From Octopus sinensis (lineage: Eukaryota): 64,000 nt of DNA. The stretch spans positions 58,094,001 through 58,158,000 of the forward strand of contig NC_042999.1 in NCBI RefSeq assembly GCF_006345805.1, written 5' to 3'. Under the pieces are notes generated by a model. The model was given only the letters and a program-made list of their open reading frames with translations, was not told where the DNA came from and did no database searches. Of this stretch, positions 26,712 to 41,945 are shown piece by piece. Positions within the stretch are counted from its first letter, which is position 1, and each line of letters starts with the position of its first letter. The position numbers and the translations under genes were made by a program.

Positions 26712-27844
26712 ATGTAGAGAAGCCCTTAATGCGTTGGGCTTACAGAGGTCCATGTTACTGGTACCAGCATCTCATTTTTCCATATGAAGTACTTATAATT
26801 TCACAGTTGATACCTACCCACATTGGTAAAGAGAGGCGGTGTGTTTTAGATTTCATAACAATGATAGGAACAATTTCTACAGAAATTTCTGAGTGAAAAA
26901 CCCATATTAATCCTACCATGTCCCAGTGTAGACATTTTATACTTCGACAAAACACTTCAACCTATCTAAAATTTCAATTCAATTGAAGACGTTAATATTC
27001 ACTATTTTGGACTATAAAGATTACTTATCGTTAGAATCTATCCCCAGTTTCTTACTGCTCTCGATCCAAAGGATATGAATGGTAAAGATAAACCGGGTAC
27101 GGAAGAACTAAAGAAAAATACTGTTTCATATTTTGTCCGTTGTTGTAGCTGCTTTCACTTAGTAATCGCAAAGAAAGTGCTTTATCAACAATTCGCTCTG
27201 TCAACCAGTGCAAAATACTTCTGGTAAGGCCATTTCAGAAAATAGTTTAATAAAACGTGTTATTATAGTTAAATAAATAAAAATATATATATAGGTTGTG
27301 TAACATTCTATAGACTTTAATATCAAATTACGTTTTGTTTTTTAATTATATATAATTAAGAATGTTATCAGTTGAACTAACTTCGAATTTCTTACGGGGA
27401 ACTTTTGGGTCTAGTCGTAAATTACGTTCAATATCTTAACTATTGACATTTGTCTACGTTTCTCTTTCAAGATGTTGTCCGCAGACATTATTTAAGGAAA
27501 TAGTTCAGTCTTTTACAGTTATTTTAATTTTATAACTCCAGTTGTTTGTTTAGCCCCAGGTTAGCTTTGGTTAGGCAGGCCTTATGATTCAAAGTATTCC
27601 AGTGGTGACAATACCGTTTTTCCTTTCTCAGACAGTGTATAAACAATACAGGCGATCGCCTGAACTTCTATTGTTTACAGTTTTACAAAATTAAATTAGA
27701 AAATTGGACAAAACAGAGAACACAATTGAAAAAGAAAATTGCAAACAGTTAGCAAATATATGAAATTATATTTCAATCCAAGACTAAAATTAGTAAATTG
27801 AAAAATATCAGGATAAGAAAGAAAGAAAAATTGTTTACACTTAC

Positions 27845-27851
27845 ATTCCAT
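27845..27851 (-). CDS. Probable first coding bases (ATG GAA T) of the host gene, at the end of a 5' exon extending to about 28200
   Basis: Perfect donor AAT|gtaagt; in-frame TAA just upstream of the ATG; phase 1 fits exon 22001-22057 and gives MEFEKKKKFLED... Confidence 0.6.
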
Positions 27852-28039
27852 ATCAAAGCTGATTGTTTAGAAGTTTGATGCTTATAAGCCCAAATAGAGT
27901 AAGGGACAAATTTGATGTTTATGACACGGATATATATCGACAATCTGTGCACAAAGACTATATATATATATTTATATGAGTGTGTGTAAAAGGAATAGAA
28001 GGTACAAAATAACCGACCAACCAACGTAAGGAAATAATT

Positions 28040-28500
28040 TATATTATAAGGAGCGCCTCTCCCGAACTGCACGCGAAACAAAACTGAAAGTGATTATATA
28101 AAGAAGTTGGGCGAAATTAATTTCATCATCAGCATCATGACATCACTGTTCCTTCACCTTCCTCCTCCTTATGCTGCTGCTCGCAAGAAGGCGTAGAGCG
28201 AGATTTAAAAAAACAAAATAAACACTTTATAAGTGACGGGAAATAAAAAAAAAGTAGATTACAATCGGAAATCGAAAGCTAGGTTGATACTTTGATTGGT
28301 TCAGAATTGTTATTTGTGTAATAAAGATCGAAGTAGAAAGTCTGTATGCCGGTATCTATTACTTAAGACGAACCAACCAGAGAGCGTCTATATCAGGTAT
28401 GGACAGCCTTTTTCCCCGAAAGACGGGCCGCGCTACTAATATAATTTTCGTTGTGTGCCTTTCATGAAATTCCGCGAACCATGTTGCCCGTGACTATTCT
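28040..28500 (-). promoter_or_regulatory. Putative promoter and 5' UTR of the minus-strand gene
   Basis: Repeat-free and locally CpG-enriched; CCAAT box (TGATTGG at ~28293) upstream of the 27845 donor. Confidence 0.5.
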
Positions 28501-29167
28501 GTATGATATTCAATCAGCTAGAAATAGCAGGCAAATTTCCTTCAAATCATACCTTACAGTCTTTGGAAGAATGACACATTAGATAAGGAGGTAATGTAGT
28601 TCACCATACTCCTACAGAGATACAATGGTCACGGTTGAAATACTTTTAATGACAGGACTTTCCAATGGGGGTTGCCCTGTTTTTAAACAACGAACACACG
28701 AGCGAGTCAATGTAGTCGCACAAGCTGCCAAAAATAGCAGTCAAATCTAAGGTCACAACAGCCTTAAGAGAATGATATTACATTATTAATTTTTAATATT
28801 ATCTTAGTTTAATAGAAACATTCAAACGTGCTCGCACACGATCAAGGAAGCTCATGTTAAATATTTTTTCGTCCTTTCAAATATAACAGAAAAAAATAAT
28901 AATATACAAGGAGAAATCCCAATAAGGTTCGATTGGGATTACATCCAAGGTCGATTGGTTCAATCTGTGTCATAAACAATGGCAAATAAATGGAATCCTG
29001 TATATACTGCGAACAAAGGTGTGACGGTTGCCACTGGAATATGAATCAAAAGGCTCGGGCTAAACGGCATCACCAGCGATTAGCCACGGAAGCTTCTGCG
29101 TCGTTTGTTCGAACTGCAAGAAGTATTAAAAGAAAAAAAAAAGAGAAAACACACTGAACCACGTTCT

Positions 29168-29204
<37 letters not shown>

Positions 29205-29207
<3 letters not shown>

Positions 29208-29339
29208 GGAAGCTTTATGAAAATAGACAAAAGACGAAGGCAGGTGGAAAACAAACAAACAATTGTATTAGTATGGCGCTCAGGAAATAGAAATAAAACA
29301 AGTCTTTAACGTTTCGAGCCTACGCTCTTCAACAGAAAG

Positions 29340-29340
<1 letters not shown>
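29205..29340 (-). mobile_element. Penelope-like terminal fragment in (TA)n with a degenerate minimal hammerhead; shorter copy at 35500-35565
   Basis: Shared GGGAAGCTTTATGAAAATA.ACAAAAGACGAAGGCAGGTGGAA block; minus strand reads CTGTTGA-A-GAGC-GTAG-GCTC-GAAAC. Confidence 0.5.
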
Positions 29341-29381
<41 letters not shown>

Positions 29382-29440
29382 GTGTGTGTGTGTATGTGTA
29401 TATATATATGTATGTATATATATACATATGTATATATATA

Positions 29441-29499
<59 letters not shown>

Positions 29500-30376
29500 A
29501 CTGACCAGGCTATCAGATGTTGCTACACATCGCTGGTCACAGTGCGCTAAGCATTGTTTTAGCCTTCAAATGATGCCATCCCGCTGGCTAAGCGAGCAGG
29601 CCAATAGAAAGAAAGAGTGATATATATGTATGTATATATATGTATGCACATATATATATGTATGCATATATATATGTATGCATATATATATATATATGCA
29701 TATATATATATATATATGCATATAGGCCATAAATTATATTTCTTTTTATCATTGTGAGAGAGTGTGTGTTTAATGGTCAAATGTTTTTGGGGGTTTAAGA
29801 ATTCTTTTTACTTTTTATGATGTTTTGTGGTGGTGTGTGTGTGTGTGTCACAATGATAAAAAGAAATATAATTTATGGCCTACCTCCCCGCCACCACACA
29901 CTCAGTGACACTGTGAAATGGTCAAAACTGAAATTCTCTCTTTTTTTTTTTCCCCAAGACCTTAAAACCCCACTTGGAGTCAATATTCTGTCCAGCAGAC
30001 CAAAAAATTCTTTTCTTCTTCTTCCCTCTCCCTTCCCCTCTTTTTCTTTAGCACTCATCCCAGATACAAAAACACACACAGACACATGTTCTCTCTCTCA
30101 CTTTCTCCTCATCCATCACCCTCTTGTACTGTCTTATATTCCTCCCCACCACTACAAACTCAGTACCACTATAAAATAGTCAAAACTCCTCACACAGGAA
30201 CTTAGTTTGATTTGAAAACCCCACTAGAATGGGAGAAAGCGCTAATGATCTAAGTTATATGATATATATAAAAATGTAATATACAAATAAATATCTGTAA
30301 ATATAAACCATCTGATTTTCTGAGTACCTCATTTCTTTTAATATATAATACCTGTACATCATCTCCAAACCTTCCA

Positions 30377-30409
<33 letters not shown>

Positions 30410-30414
30410 TATAT

Positions 30415-30472
<58 letters not shown>

Positions 30473-30792
30473 CTATATATATATATATGTTTATATATAT
30501 ACATATATACACATGTATCTATAGATATGTATAATGTATATGCTGAGTTTTTCTTGAGAACACATTCTTCATGGAAAATGGCGATTTGATGTCTATATCT
30601 ACCATATAGGCTGTTCACTTTTAGTGGTCAGTCCTCTAAATTTTGTATGCAAAAAAATTTTTAATCTTCAGATTTTTAAAAAATATGCTAGGCCACTGGT
30701 TTTAATGGATTAATATCAATTTCTACCCTTATTTAATTCTATATATATACACACACATATATAGACACATACATATATACACACATATATAC

Positions 30793-30836
<44 letters not shown>

Positions 30837-31054
30837 ACACATGTATATATATATATATATATATACACATGTATATATATATATATATAGGCACAGGAGT
30901 GGCTGTGTGGTAAGTAGCTTGCCTACCAACCACATGGTTCCGGGTTCAGTCCCACTGCGTGGCATCTTGGGCAAGTGTCTTCTTCTATAGCCTCGGGCCG
31001 ACCAATGCCTTGTGAGTGGATTTGGTAGACGGAAACTGAAAGAAGCCCGTCGTA

Positions 31055-31107
<53 letters not shown>

Positions 31108-31359
31108 ATATGTTTGTGTGTCTGTGTTTGTCCCTCTAGCATTGCTTGACAACCTATGCTGGTGTGTTTATGTCCCCGTCACTTAGCGGTTCGGCAAAAA
31201 AGACCGATAGAATAAGTACTGGGCTTACAAAGAATAAGTCTCGGGGTCGATTTGCTCGACTAAAGGCGGTACTCCAGCATGGCCGCAGTCAAATGACTGA
31301 AACAAGTAAAAGACTAAAGACTAAAGACATATATATATATATATATTTATACATATACA

Positions 31360-31553
31360 AAAACCATTAGATTCACTTCAACATTTAAATGTAATTTGCC
31401 AAAATATTTTTGTTGCTTTGAGACCACGACCTCTTCACTGACAAAATTCCGTGCTGCACAGAATTTGTCAGTGAAGTGAACAGGTTGCGGTCTCAAAGCG
31501 ATGAAAATATTCTGACAAATTAAATTGAAATGTTGAAATGAATCTAATGGTTT
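31360..31553. repeat. Imperfect palindrome (~90-bp arms), probably an inverted Penelope-like terminus
   Basis: AAACCATTAGATTCACTTCAACATTT...TTCACTGACAAA is inverted as TTTGTCAGTGAA...AAATGTTGAAATGAATCTAATGGTTT. Confidence 0.65.
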
Positions 31554-31626
31554 TTCATGTTTCTTAAATGGCTTATAAACACCTTCCATGCTGCAATTGA
31601 ATAATATATCCATTCTGTATTTAATA

Positions 31627-32422
31627 CTAGCAGCATAGCCCAGCGTTGCCCGGGTATATAAGAGTCCCTAGTAGGCAATGACTAATCCTAATCTAGTCCT
31701 TTCCCTCTAGGGAACGAAGGCGCATGTGTAGGTTGCAATGTCTTCTCTTCACTCGAATACTTCTGTGTATACGATGTTCCTAGCTGTCCCTTTGGGCGAT
31801 AAATAGGTCGAGTTGCATCCCCTAGACAGTCTGTGGTTTGTGTTTAATACACAAATCGGTTTGCTATGTGTGCCACATATGATTTAATTAACCGATTTCT
31901 TCCAGTAATAAAGTATCCTATTGGAATAAAAAGGGCCATATAGCTCCTTGGAGCAGACATGATGCTCGCTGTGAATTAAAAAAAAAATTCCTGCCAATTT
32001 GTAAAAGATATTGTCGAAAATATGTCATCTTGAATTTGAACACGATTTCCCAAAATGACATGATTTTATCGAATTTTTCTGATGGTAAGGTATTGCATGG
32101 AAAACTAACGTTAGAATTAAGTTTCTTAGGGTAACATTAAGCTTCACCATGAGTTTGGTGAAAATCGATTGCAAGTTGCGAAAACTACAACAGAAAATGT
32201 GTTGCATGTAAAAAGCTTAGATTCTCGACCCCATGTCGAATTTATCGATTTTTTTCAGAACTGGGGGAACTTTTCAAAATTTTCACTGCGTTAGTTTTGA
32301 ATTCTGACATTAGGCTATGTGTGTATCAAGTTTCATCAGAATCGGTTGAAAGCTGTGGTCAGGGTGAGGGTACAACCTGACAGACACACAGACAGACAAA
32401 CTGCCGTTTATATAGAGAGAGA
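31627..32422 (-). mobile_element. Non-autonomous Helitron
   Basis: 5' TC(TC)nTATATAAACGGCAG; 3' hairpin CCCGGGCAACGCTGGG followed by CTAG|T. Confidence 0.8.
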
Positions 32423-33673
32423 TATAAGAACCTGCTTTTATTCTGACTCATGAACTATATATTGTGTATGCTAGTGTGTGTGACATACACTGTCAAAGCT
32501 TGGCCTCCTTGACAAGCTCTCATTCCTCTAACATACCTATCACCTGCCCATCTTATCTCTCACTTGTCTATCAACCATGCCACTCCACTTTATCACTGAT
32601 GCCCTTGTTCATCTCTCAGTCACTCTCCTCTTCCCACTCTCAATGTACCATGTTGTATATTGCTTCCAGTGTAACTAGGGATACCACAGGACCCACCTGT
32701 CCCTTTCTCCCTCTATCTTCATCACCTTAGCACCTTCAGCATCATGAGGTATATATATGACACTTCATCAGATCTACAAAAATATATATATATTTCTTTA
32801 CTACCCACAAGGGGCTAAACACAGAGAAGACAAACAAGGACAGACAAAGGGATTAAGTCGATTACATCGACTCCAATGCGTAACTGGTACTTTATTTATC
32901 GACCCCGAAAGGATGAAAGACAAAGTCAATCTCGGCGGAATTTGAACTCAGAACGTAGCGACAGACAAAATACTGCTAAGCATTTCGCGTGGCTGTGTGG
33001 TAAGAAGCTTACTTCTTAACCACATGGTTCTGGGTTCAGTCCCACAGAGTGGTACCTTAAGAAAAAGAAAAGAAAGATGCATCCTGCACACTCTATAAAG
33101 TGGTTGGTGTTAGGAAGGACATCTAGCAAGAGAAACCAAGTCAAAAATTATGAGCGAGATGTGGTACCCATATGCTTCTAGGATAGCAATGAGCAACAAC
33201 TCATCCATTCATACCAGCATATACATATAAATATACATACATGCATATATATACATACACATATATATATATATATATACATAAATACGATCCTGGTCCT
33301 ACACTGAAGCAGCCATCGAACCTGAAGCCAAATTCTTGGAATAACTTTATAAGGAAGTTTATCGAGAACTCGTGTGCAAATGTTTATTAAAATACATTTA
33401 GCTTTTGCTAGATTAAAGTTGTTTAATTAGATTATCAAATATGTCCTCAAATACCTCTCACCCTGTGTATGGATTTGGTGACACAAACATCTGTTGGCAT
33501 TTTTTCGTTGAAGATTGTGTTCTCATGTATGTATTTTTTTGCATGTATGTCTAAGTGTCACTCACTCACTCTCACACACACACACAATCTCTCTTTCACA
33601 TACGCACACATACAAATAAGATGTATTCATATATATTTATGTATATACGTGTATATGAAAGATAATGGGTGTA

Positions 33674-33710
<37 letters not shown>

Positions 33711-33894
33711 GTTCATTTCATATATACGTACATACATCTTTCACTTTCCTCTCTCACTTCGAAGCAAAGGTCGAATGTCATACACCATGAAAACAAAGGT
33801 AAATAACTAGAAATGTTTTACGGAGGAAATAAACGAACAAAGCCAGCTGATCCAAATGACAGTTCTGTAAGTCAAAACGAAAAATAACCAAAAC

Positions 33895-33977
<83 letters not shown>

Positions 33978-34174
33978 AGTGTTAGGTGTGTTGTATTATA
34001 TATATATATATACATACATATATATAAAATAAATATAAGAGAGTGGTCACTATATGGCTCACTCTAGCACCAGTTAATCCAAAAGGTTTCAACCACGAAA
34101 TACATGTTTCCCATGAAAGTCAGTACGATTGTTAGCTCACACAGACAGGGCAAATAAAAAATAACAAAAATACA

Positions 34175-34267
34175 GATTATTTTGGGACAATTGTTTCGCT
34201 ATTAATGAATTAAATGTAATTTTACTTACAAAAAAAATCCATTTGTAGCTCGTCAGCCAAAACTATC
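34175..34267 (-). ncRNA. Type I hammerhead ribozyme with extended stem II
   Basis: TTTTGG-CTGACGA-GCTA...TAGC-GAAA-CAATTGTC^CCAAAA: all core nucleotides present, stem I TTTTGG/CCAAAA, palindromic stem III ACAATTGT, predicted cleavage between 34186 and 34185. Confidence 0.8.
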
Positions 34268-34393
34268 TGGATGAAATCCACTCAATCACACGCCAGATTT
34301 TACCATAACGATAAATACGCGTGTGGTTCAATTGATTACATCCGACGTTATAATTCAAATGCCCCAACTAACAGCGCGCCAAACTTTCACGGA

Positions 34394-34608
34394 AAACAAA
34401 TACAGCATTTAGAAATAAATGCAGCATAATTATAATTAATTAATAAGGGTGAGAGAATTAGATACTAATTTAATAGTATATCTATTCAACACCAAGTGGC
34501 CTAGTGCTCGTGTTGAATAGATATACTATTAAATTAGTATCTAATTCTCTCACCCTTATTAATTAATTATAATTATGCTGCATTTATTTCTAAATGCTGT
34601 ATTTGTTT
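34394..34608. repeat. Perfect inverted repeat, 99-bp arms and 17-nt loop
   Basis: 34394-34492 is the reverse complement of 34510-34608. Confidence 0.9.
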
Positions 34609-34998
34609 ACACATATATATATATATGCATATACATACATACATATATATGCATATACATACATACATATATATACATACACATATATATATATATGCAT
34701 ATACATACATACATATATATACATACACATATATATATATATATGCATATACATACATACATATATATACATACACATATATATATATACATATACATAC
34801 ATATATATATACATATACATACATACATATATATACATACACATATATATATATATACATATACATACATATATATACATACATACATATATATATATAT
34901 ACATATACATACATACATATACATACATACATATATATACATACACATATATATATATACATATACATACATACATATACATACATACATATATATAC

Positions 34999-35029
<31 letters not shown>

Positions 35030-35036
35030 CATATAC

Positions 35037-35091
<55 letters not shown>

Positions 35092-35177
35092 CATACATAC
35101 ATATATATATATACATATATATATATATACATATATATATATACATATATATATATATACATATATATATATACATA

Positions 35178-35249
<72 letters not shown>

Positions 35250-35289
35250 CATATACATACATACATACATATATATATATATACATACA

Positions 35290-35335
<46 letters not shown>

Positions 35336-35340
35336 CATAC

Positions 35341-35374
<34 letters not shown>

Positions 35375-35406
35375 ATACATACATACATATATACATACAT
35401 ACATAT

Positions 35407-35443
<37 letters not shown>

Positions 35444-35625
35444 CATACATACATATATACATACATACATACATATATACATACATACATATATATATAT
35501 AACGGGAAGCTTTATGAAAATAAACAAAAGACGAAGGCAGGTGGAAGACAACACACCTAACACTATATATATATATATATATATACATACATACATACAT
35601 ACATATATATACATACATACATACA

Positions 35626-35677
<52 letters not shown>

Positions 35678-35692
35678 CATACATATATATAT

Positions 35693-35725
<33 letters not shown>

Positions 35726-35726
35726 C

Positions 35727-35757
<31 letters not shown>

Positions 35758-35895
35758 CATACATACATACATATATATATATATACATACATACATATAT
35801 ATATATACATACATACATACATATATATATATACATACATACATACATATATATATATACATACATACATACATACATATATATATATACATACA

Positions 35896-35931
<36 letters not shown>

Positions 35932-35980
35932 CATACATACATACATACATATATGTATACATACATACATATATATATAC
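34609..35980. repeat. Compound (TA)n/(CATA)n microsatellite
   Basis: Direct inspection; interrupted at 35500-35565. Confidence 0.95.
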
Positions 35981-38900
35981 TCTTTTACTCTTTTACTTGT
36001 TTCAGCCATCCGGCTGAGGCCATGCTGGGGCACCGCCCTTGTTGCTACCCTCTCTAAGTCCAGTTTGCCGTGGCTGGCCACTGATCTAAGAGAGAGTTTG
36101 TAGCTGCTGCCCTTAGGTTACCTTCGTACCTTGCAGTGGGTTCATCTGGGATCCCGGAAAGCAACTTGTCTAGATGTTTTTTGAAAATGTCCACATCCGC
36201 ATCATGTAGATCTCTTAGTTTTCTTGGCAGTTTGTTGAACAGCTGAGGGCCCCTGAACCCCAGGCTATTACAGTATCTGCTCCTTACCCTGGATGTGGAA
36301 GACGGGACCTTTGGCACCACACAGTGACGTCCTGTACGGGGATTGGAACAGCTCTCAATTCCAAAATTTGGTGCTAGTCCCTCCAGGATTTTCCATATGT
36401 ATATCACTGCATATCTCTCTCGTCTTCGTTCCAAGGAGTACAAATTGAGTTCCCTAAGCCTCTCCCAATAGTTCTTTTCTTTCATGGTGGAAATCCTCTT
36501 GGTGAAATGTCTTTGGATTGTCTCAAGCTCTGTGGTTAGTTTGACACTATGTGGTGACCACAGTTGGGAGCAGTAGTCCAGGCGGCTTAGGACAAATGTC
36601 CTCCATAGTGTCAACATGGTCTCGCAGTCTCTTGTCCGGAATGTCCTCAGGATCCAGCCAGTGAGTCGTCTGCACATTGTCGCCACCTTCGCGATGTGTG
36701 AAGAAAAAGATGCATCGTCACTCATGTCTATCCCCAGGTCCCGTATTGATTTCGATACTGGGATTTCGATCCCTCCTGGACCAGTATAGTTGTGTTGTAA
36801 TGTATATGTGTTTACAGCTTGATATTGTAAGGCTTGAAATTTACCAGCATTAAATTGCATGTTGTTGTCTTCAGCCCATTTGTATATGGCATCCAGATCT
36901 TGTTGTAAAAGGTCAGCATCAGCTGGGTTTTTGATTGCCTGTGCTACCTTTGTGTCATCAGCATAGCTAGTGAGGGATGTTGTTTGTGCTACCAAGGGCA
37001 TGTCAGAGAGCGCCACCAAAAACAGCAAGGGTCCCAAGACTGTGCCCTGTGGCACCCCGCTTGCTATTGGTGTCTTTCCCGAGAGGGCTCCATTGGCTGC
37101 AACCATCTGGCTTCTGTCCTTCAGGAAGTCATGTATCCACTCACCTACTTTTCCTGTTATGCCGAGTCTGAGTAATTTGTGACATATCACTCCGTGGTCG
37201 ACTTTGTCAAAGGCCTTCGCAAAGTCGAGATATACCACATCCACCTGTGAGCGATCCAGTAGTTGTTTCAGTACCCAGTCGTAGTGTTGTAACAGCTGCG
37301 TAAGGCAGCTTCTTCCTGGGCGAAAGCCATGCTGTGTGTCAGTGAGACGGTTAGTTTCTTCGAGGAATGTGATCAGTTTTTTTCTGATGATTCGTTCCAT
37401 GACCTTACTTATGTGTGACGTCAGGGAGACTGGCCTGTAGTTTTTGGCCTCTGCTCTACTCCCTCCTTTGTGGATAGGGCATATGGTGCCTTCTTTTAGC
37501 GCCCTGGGCAGTTTACCGTTAGCCAAGGAACCACTGAAGAGCTTCTTCAGTGGTCCCGCTAGGGCATGCCTGCATGTTTTTAGGAGGACTGCTGGGAATC
37601 CATCTGGTCCAGCAGCTGAGTTTATTCTCATTTCTTCTATGGCAGATATTACATCCCTCTCTGTTATGTCTATGTGGTCGATGGTTGTTGTTTGGTTTTG
37701 GAGTGTTGTGGCATCAAAGAAAACTTCTGGGTTTGTGATTTGCATGTGCCCCAGAGGGGATGTGAACACACTTTTATACTGTTCCTTTAGTATTTCACTT
37801 ATCCCTTGGGGGTCCTCAGTTAGAGAGCCCTTTTTATCAAAGAGTGGGCCAATCTTGCAGTGTACCGAGGTGGTTTCTTTCGCAAATTTAAAGAAGGCTT
37901 TAGGGTTTGTTTTAATATTCTCTATGGTCCTGGCTTCACTCTCTGCCCTCTCCTTCTCATAGGAAAGTTTGAGTGCAGTTTCCGTTTCAAAAAGTTTCAG
38001 GTGGAGTCCCTCATTGTTTCTCTGCCGTGCATTCAGTTGCTTCGAGAGCTTAGCTCTTCGCCTCATAAGTATTTTCCTGTCTCTGGGAATAACGTTCCTA
38101 TGCCCGCTGGCTTTTTTCTCCAGGACAAACTTATGGCATATGTTCTGTCATGAAATGTTGGAAATGTGTGTTGGTGTCTTGTGTGGTGATGAAGTCACTC
38201 CAGTCATGTTTTCGGATCTCTTCGTTGATCTTCTTCCAGTTTGCCTTATGGAAGTTTAGACTGGATAGGCCTGTGGTATTTTCTAATGGCTGCGTCTCAA
38301 CTAACTCTCTCATACCATATATCATTACCTCTACTAAGTTGTGATCTGAGAGAATTGTTGGTGTTACCATTATGTTGTGGATGAGCATCGGGTTGCTTGT
38401 GAAACAGAGGTCCAAGACATTCTCACCTCTTGTTGGCCAAAGCACTGCTTGCTCCATGAAAAACTTGCGTGTGAGAGCCAACAAGGACTCTGTCTGTCTC
38501 TGTTCAAGTGATGTCATTCCAGGGAGGAGATGGCCATCTGGCCATTTGACTTTCGGAAGGTTAAAATCTCCCAGCAGTAGAATGGTGTTACCCTGGTCCA
38601 GTTTGTCCAGGACTTCTTCCATTCTTCTGAGGCTATCTTCAAACACTCCTTCATGACTAGGGGTGTCTGGTGGCCGATATGTGACACATATTACTATTTT
38701 CGGTTGTTTCATGTGTACTATCAGTGTGTCACAGACTGAGTTTGAGTGTGTCAACAGTACTATGGGTGTGACATCTTCACGGACGTACAGGGCAACCCCA
38801 CCATGAGTTCTTTCCTTCCTGTCCGACCGAAAAACAGTATACTTCGGTATGTGTATTTCTGCATCTGCTATACTGCTTGACAGGTGCGTTTCAGTCAGCG

Positions 38901-39045
38901 CTATGCATATTGCATGGTTGCTTGTGCTCAAGTCCCTAAGGTAAGGAATTTTACCCATATTAGTGGGTTTCACCAGACCTCTGACATTCAGCAGAAGCAC
39001 TGGTGAGACACCCGGGGTGTCAATAAAGGCTGACATACATAAAGG
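35981..39045 (-). mobile_element. CR1/L2-group LINE: near-complete ORF2 (APE endonuclease and RT), one frameshift near 38140, no ORF1
   Basis: APE motifs LLNVRGL, LTETHL, YRPP, GDFNLP, LDLCF, SDH; RT motifs YRPVSLTS, QHGFR, YLDFAKAFDKV, SGVPQGTVLGP, YADD; stop at 36054, short 3' tail with (GTAAAAGA) repeats. Confidence 0.95.
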
Positions 39046-41103
<2,058 letters not shown>

Positions 41104-41945
41104 CTAGCAGAATTGCCCGGCGTTGCTAGGGGCTGAATTGCTTGAAAGTACTGTTAATGATTGCACTGAATTATGATGATTATTCAGGCAAATATTGATA
41201 TAAGTTTACGGTGGGAGATAAGGACTTAACGATCAAATGTGTGCCATTGCATTGTTTTGGGGGAACCAAATTTCTGATGAGCATTATAGGGGCACCAACT
41301 TTAAGTTTGAGAAAGTGTGGTGGTAGTCCGGGGTGCTCAAAGGAATTGAGTACCTCTATTGGATAGTTGATGACGTCCTCTGGGTCAGGAGTTGTATCGA
41401 TAGACTGATATACATAGACTTCCCCAGGAATGAGTTTTAGCATTTCATCATAATATGGTGAACAGTTTTATTCCTCGGGGCCAGTATAGCCTTTTTGCCA
41501 ATCCAATCCATATTCTGATAATTAGCTTGTAGATCTGGGAACACTGCATCTCTGAGATCAGAAGGCGTCTTAACAATGGTACAAATGGAATCGATGGCAA
41601 TATTACCATTTTCATCCCCTGGTATTTTGCCTTTGCCAAGTGCAAGGAGGGTGTGAGGAAATGCTGCTGATGTGATATTACGTCGCATATGAGCACGCAT
41701 ATTGGTGTGAAGTTTGAGAGTTACATCCCTTTATTAAAAAAATATGCATTAAAATGGAAAAAATGATGGTAAATTATTTGTAAAATCATAGACTCATCGT
41801 AGACGCGCGCTAATACCCAGAAGGGCTCGATATGAATCACGACTATAAGATACCCGGTTTTGGTTAAACTGCATCGCAAAATGTGGGAGTAGTTAGGAAT
41901 CTAAATCGGAGTAGACAGACACACAACCTTTCTTTTATATATAAA
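41104..41945 (-). mobile_element. Internally deleted Helitron carrying a PIF1-like helicase fragment (frameshifted copy)
   Basis: AILAPRN, GLPPHFLKLKVGAPIMLIRNL...CNGT helicase motifs; 3' hairpin and CTAG at 41104. Confidence 0.9.
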
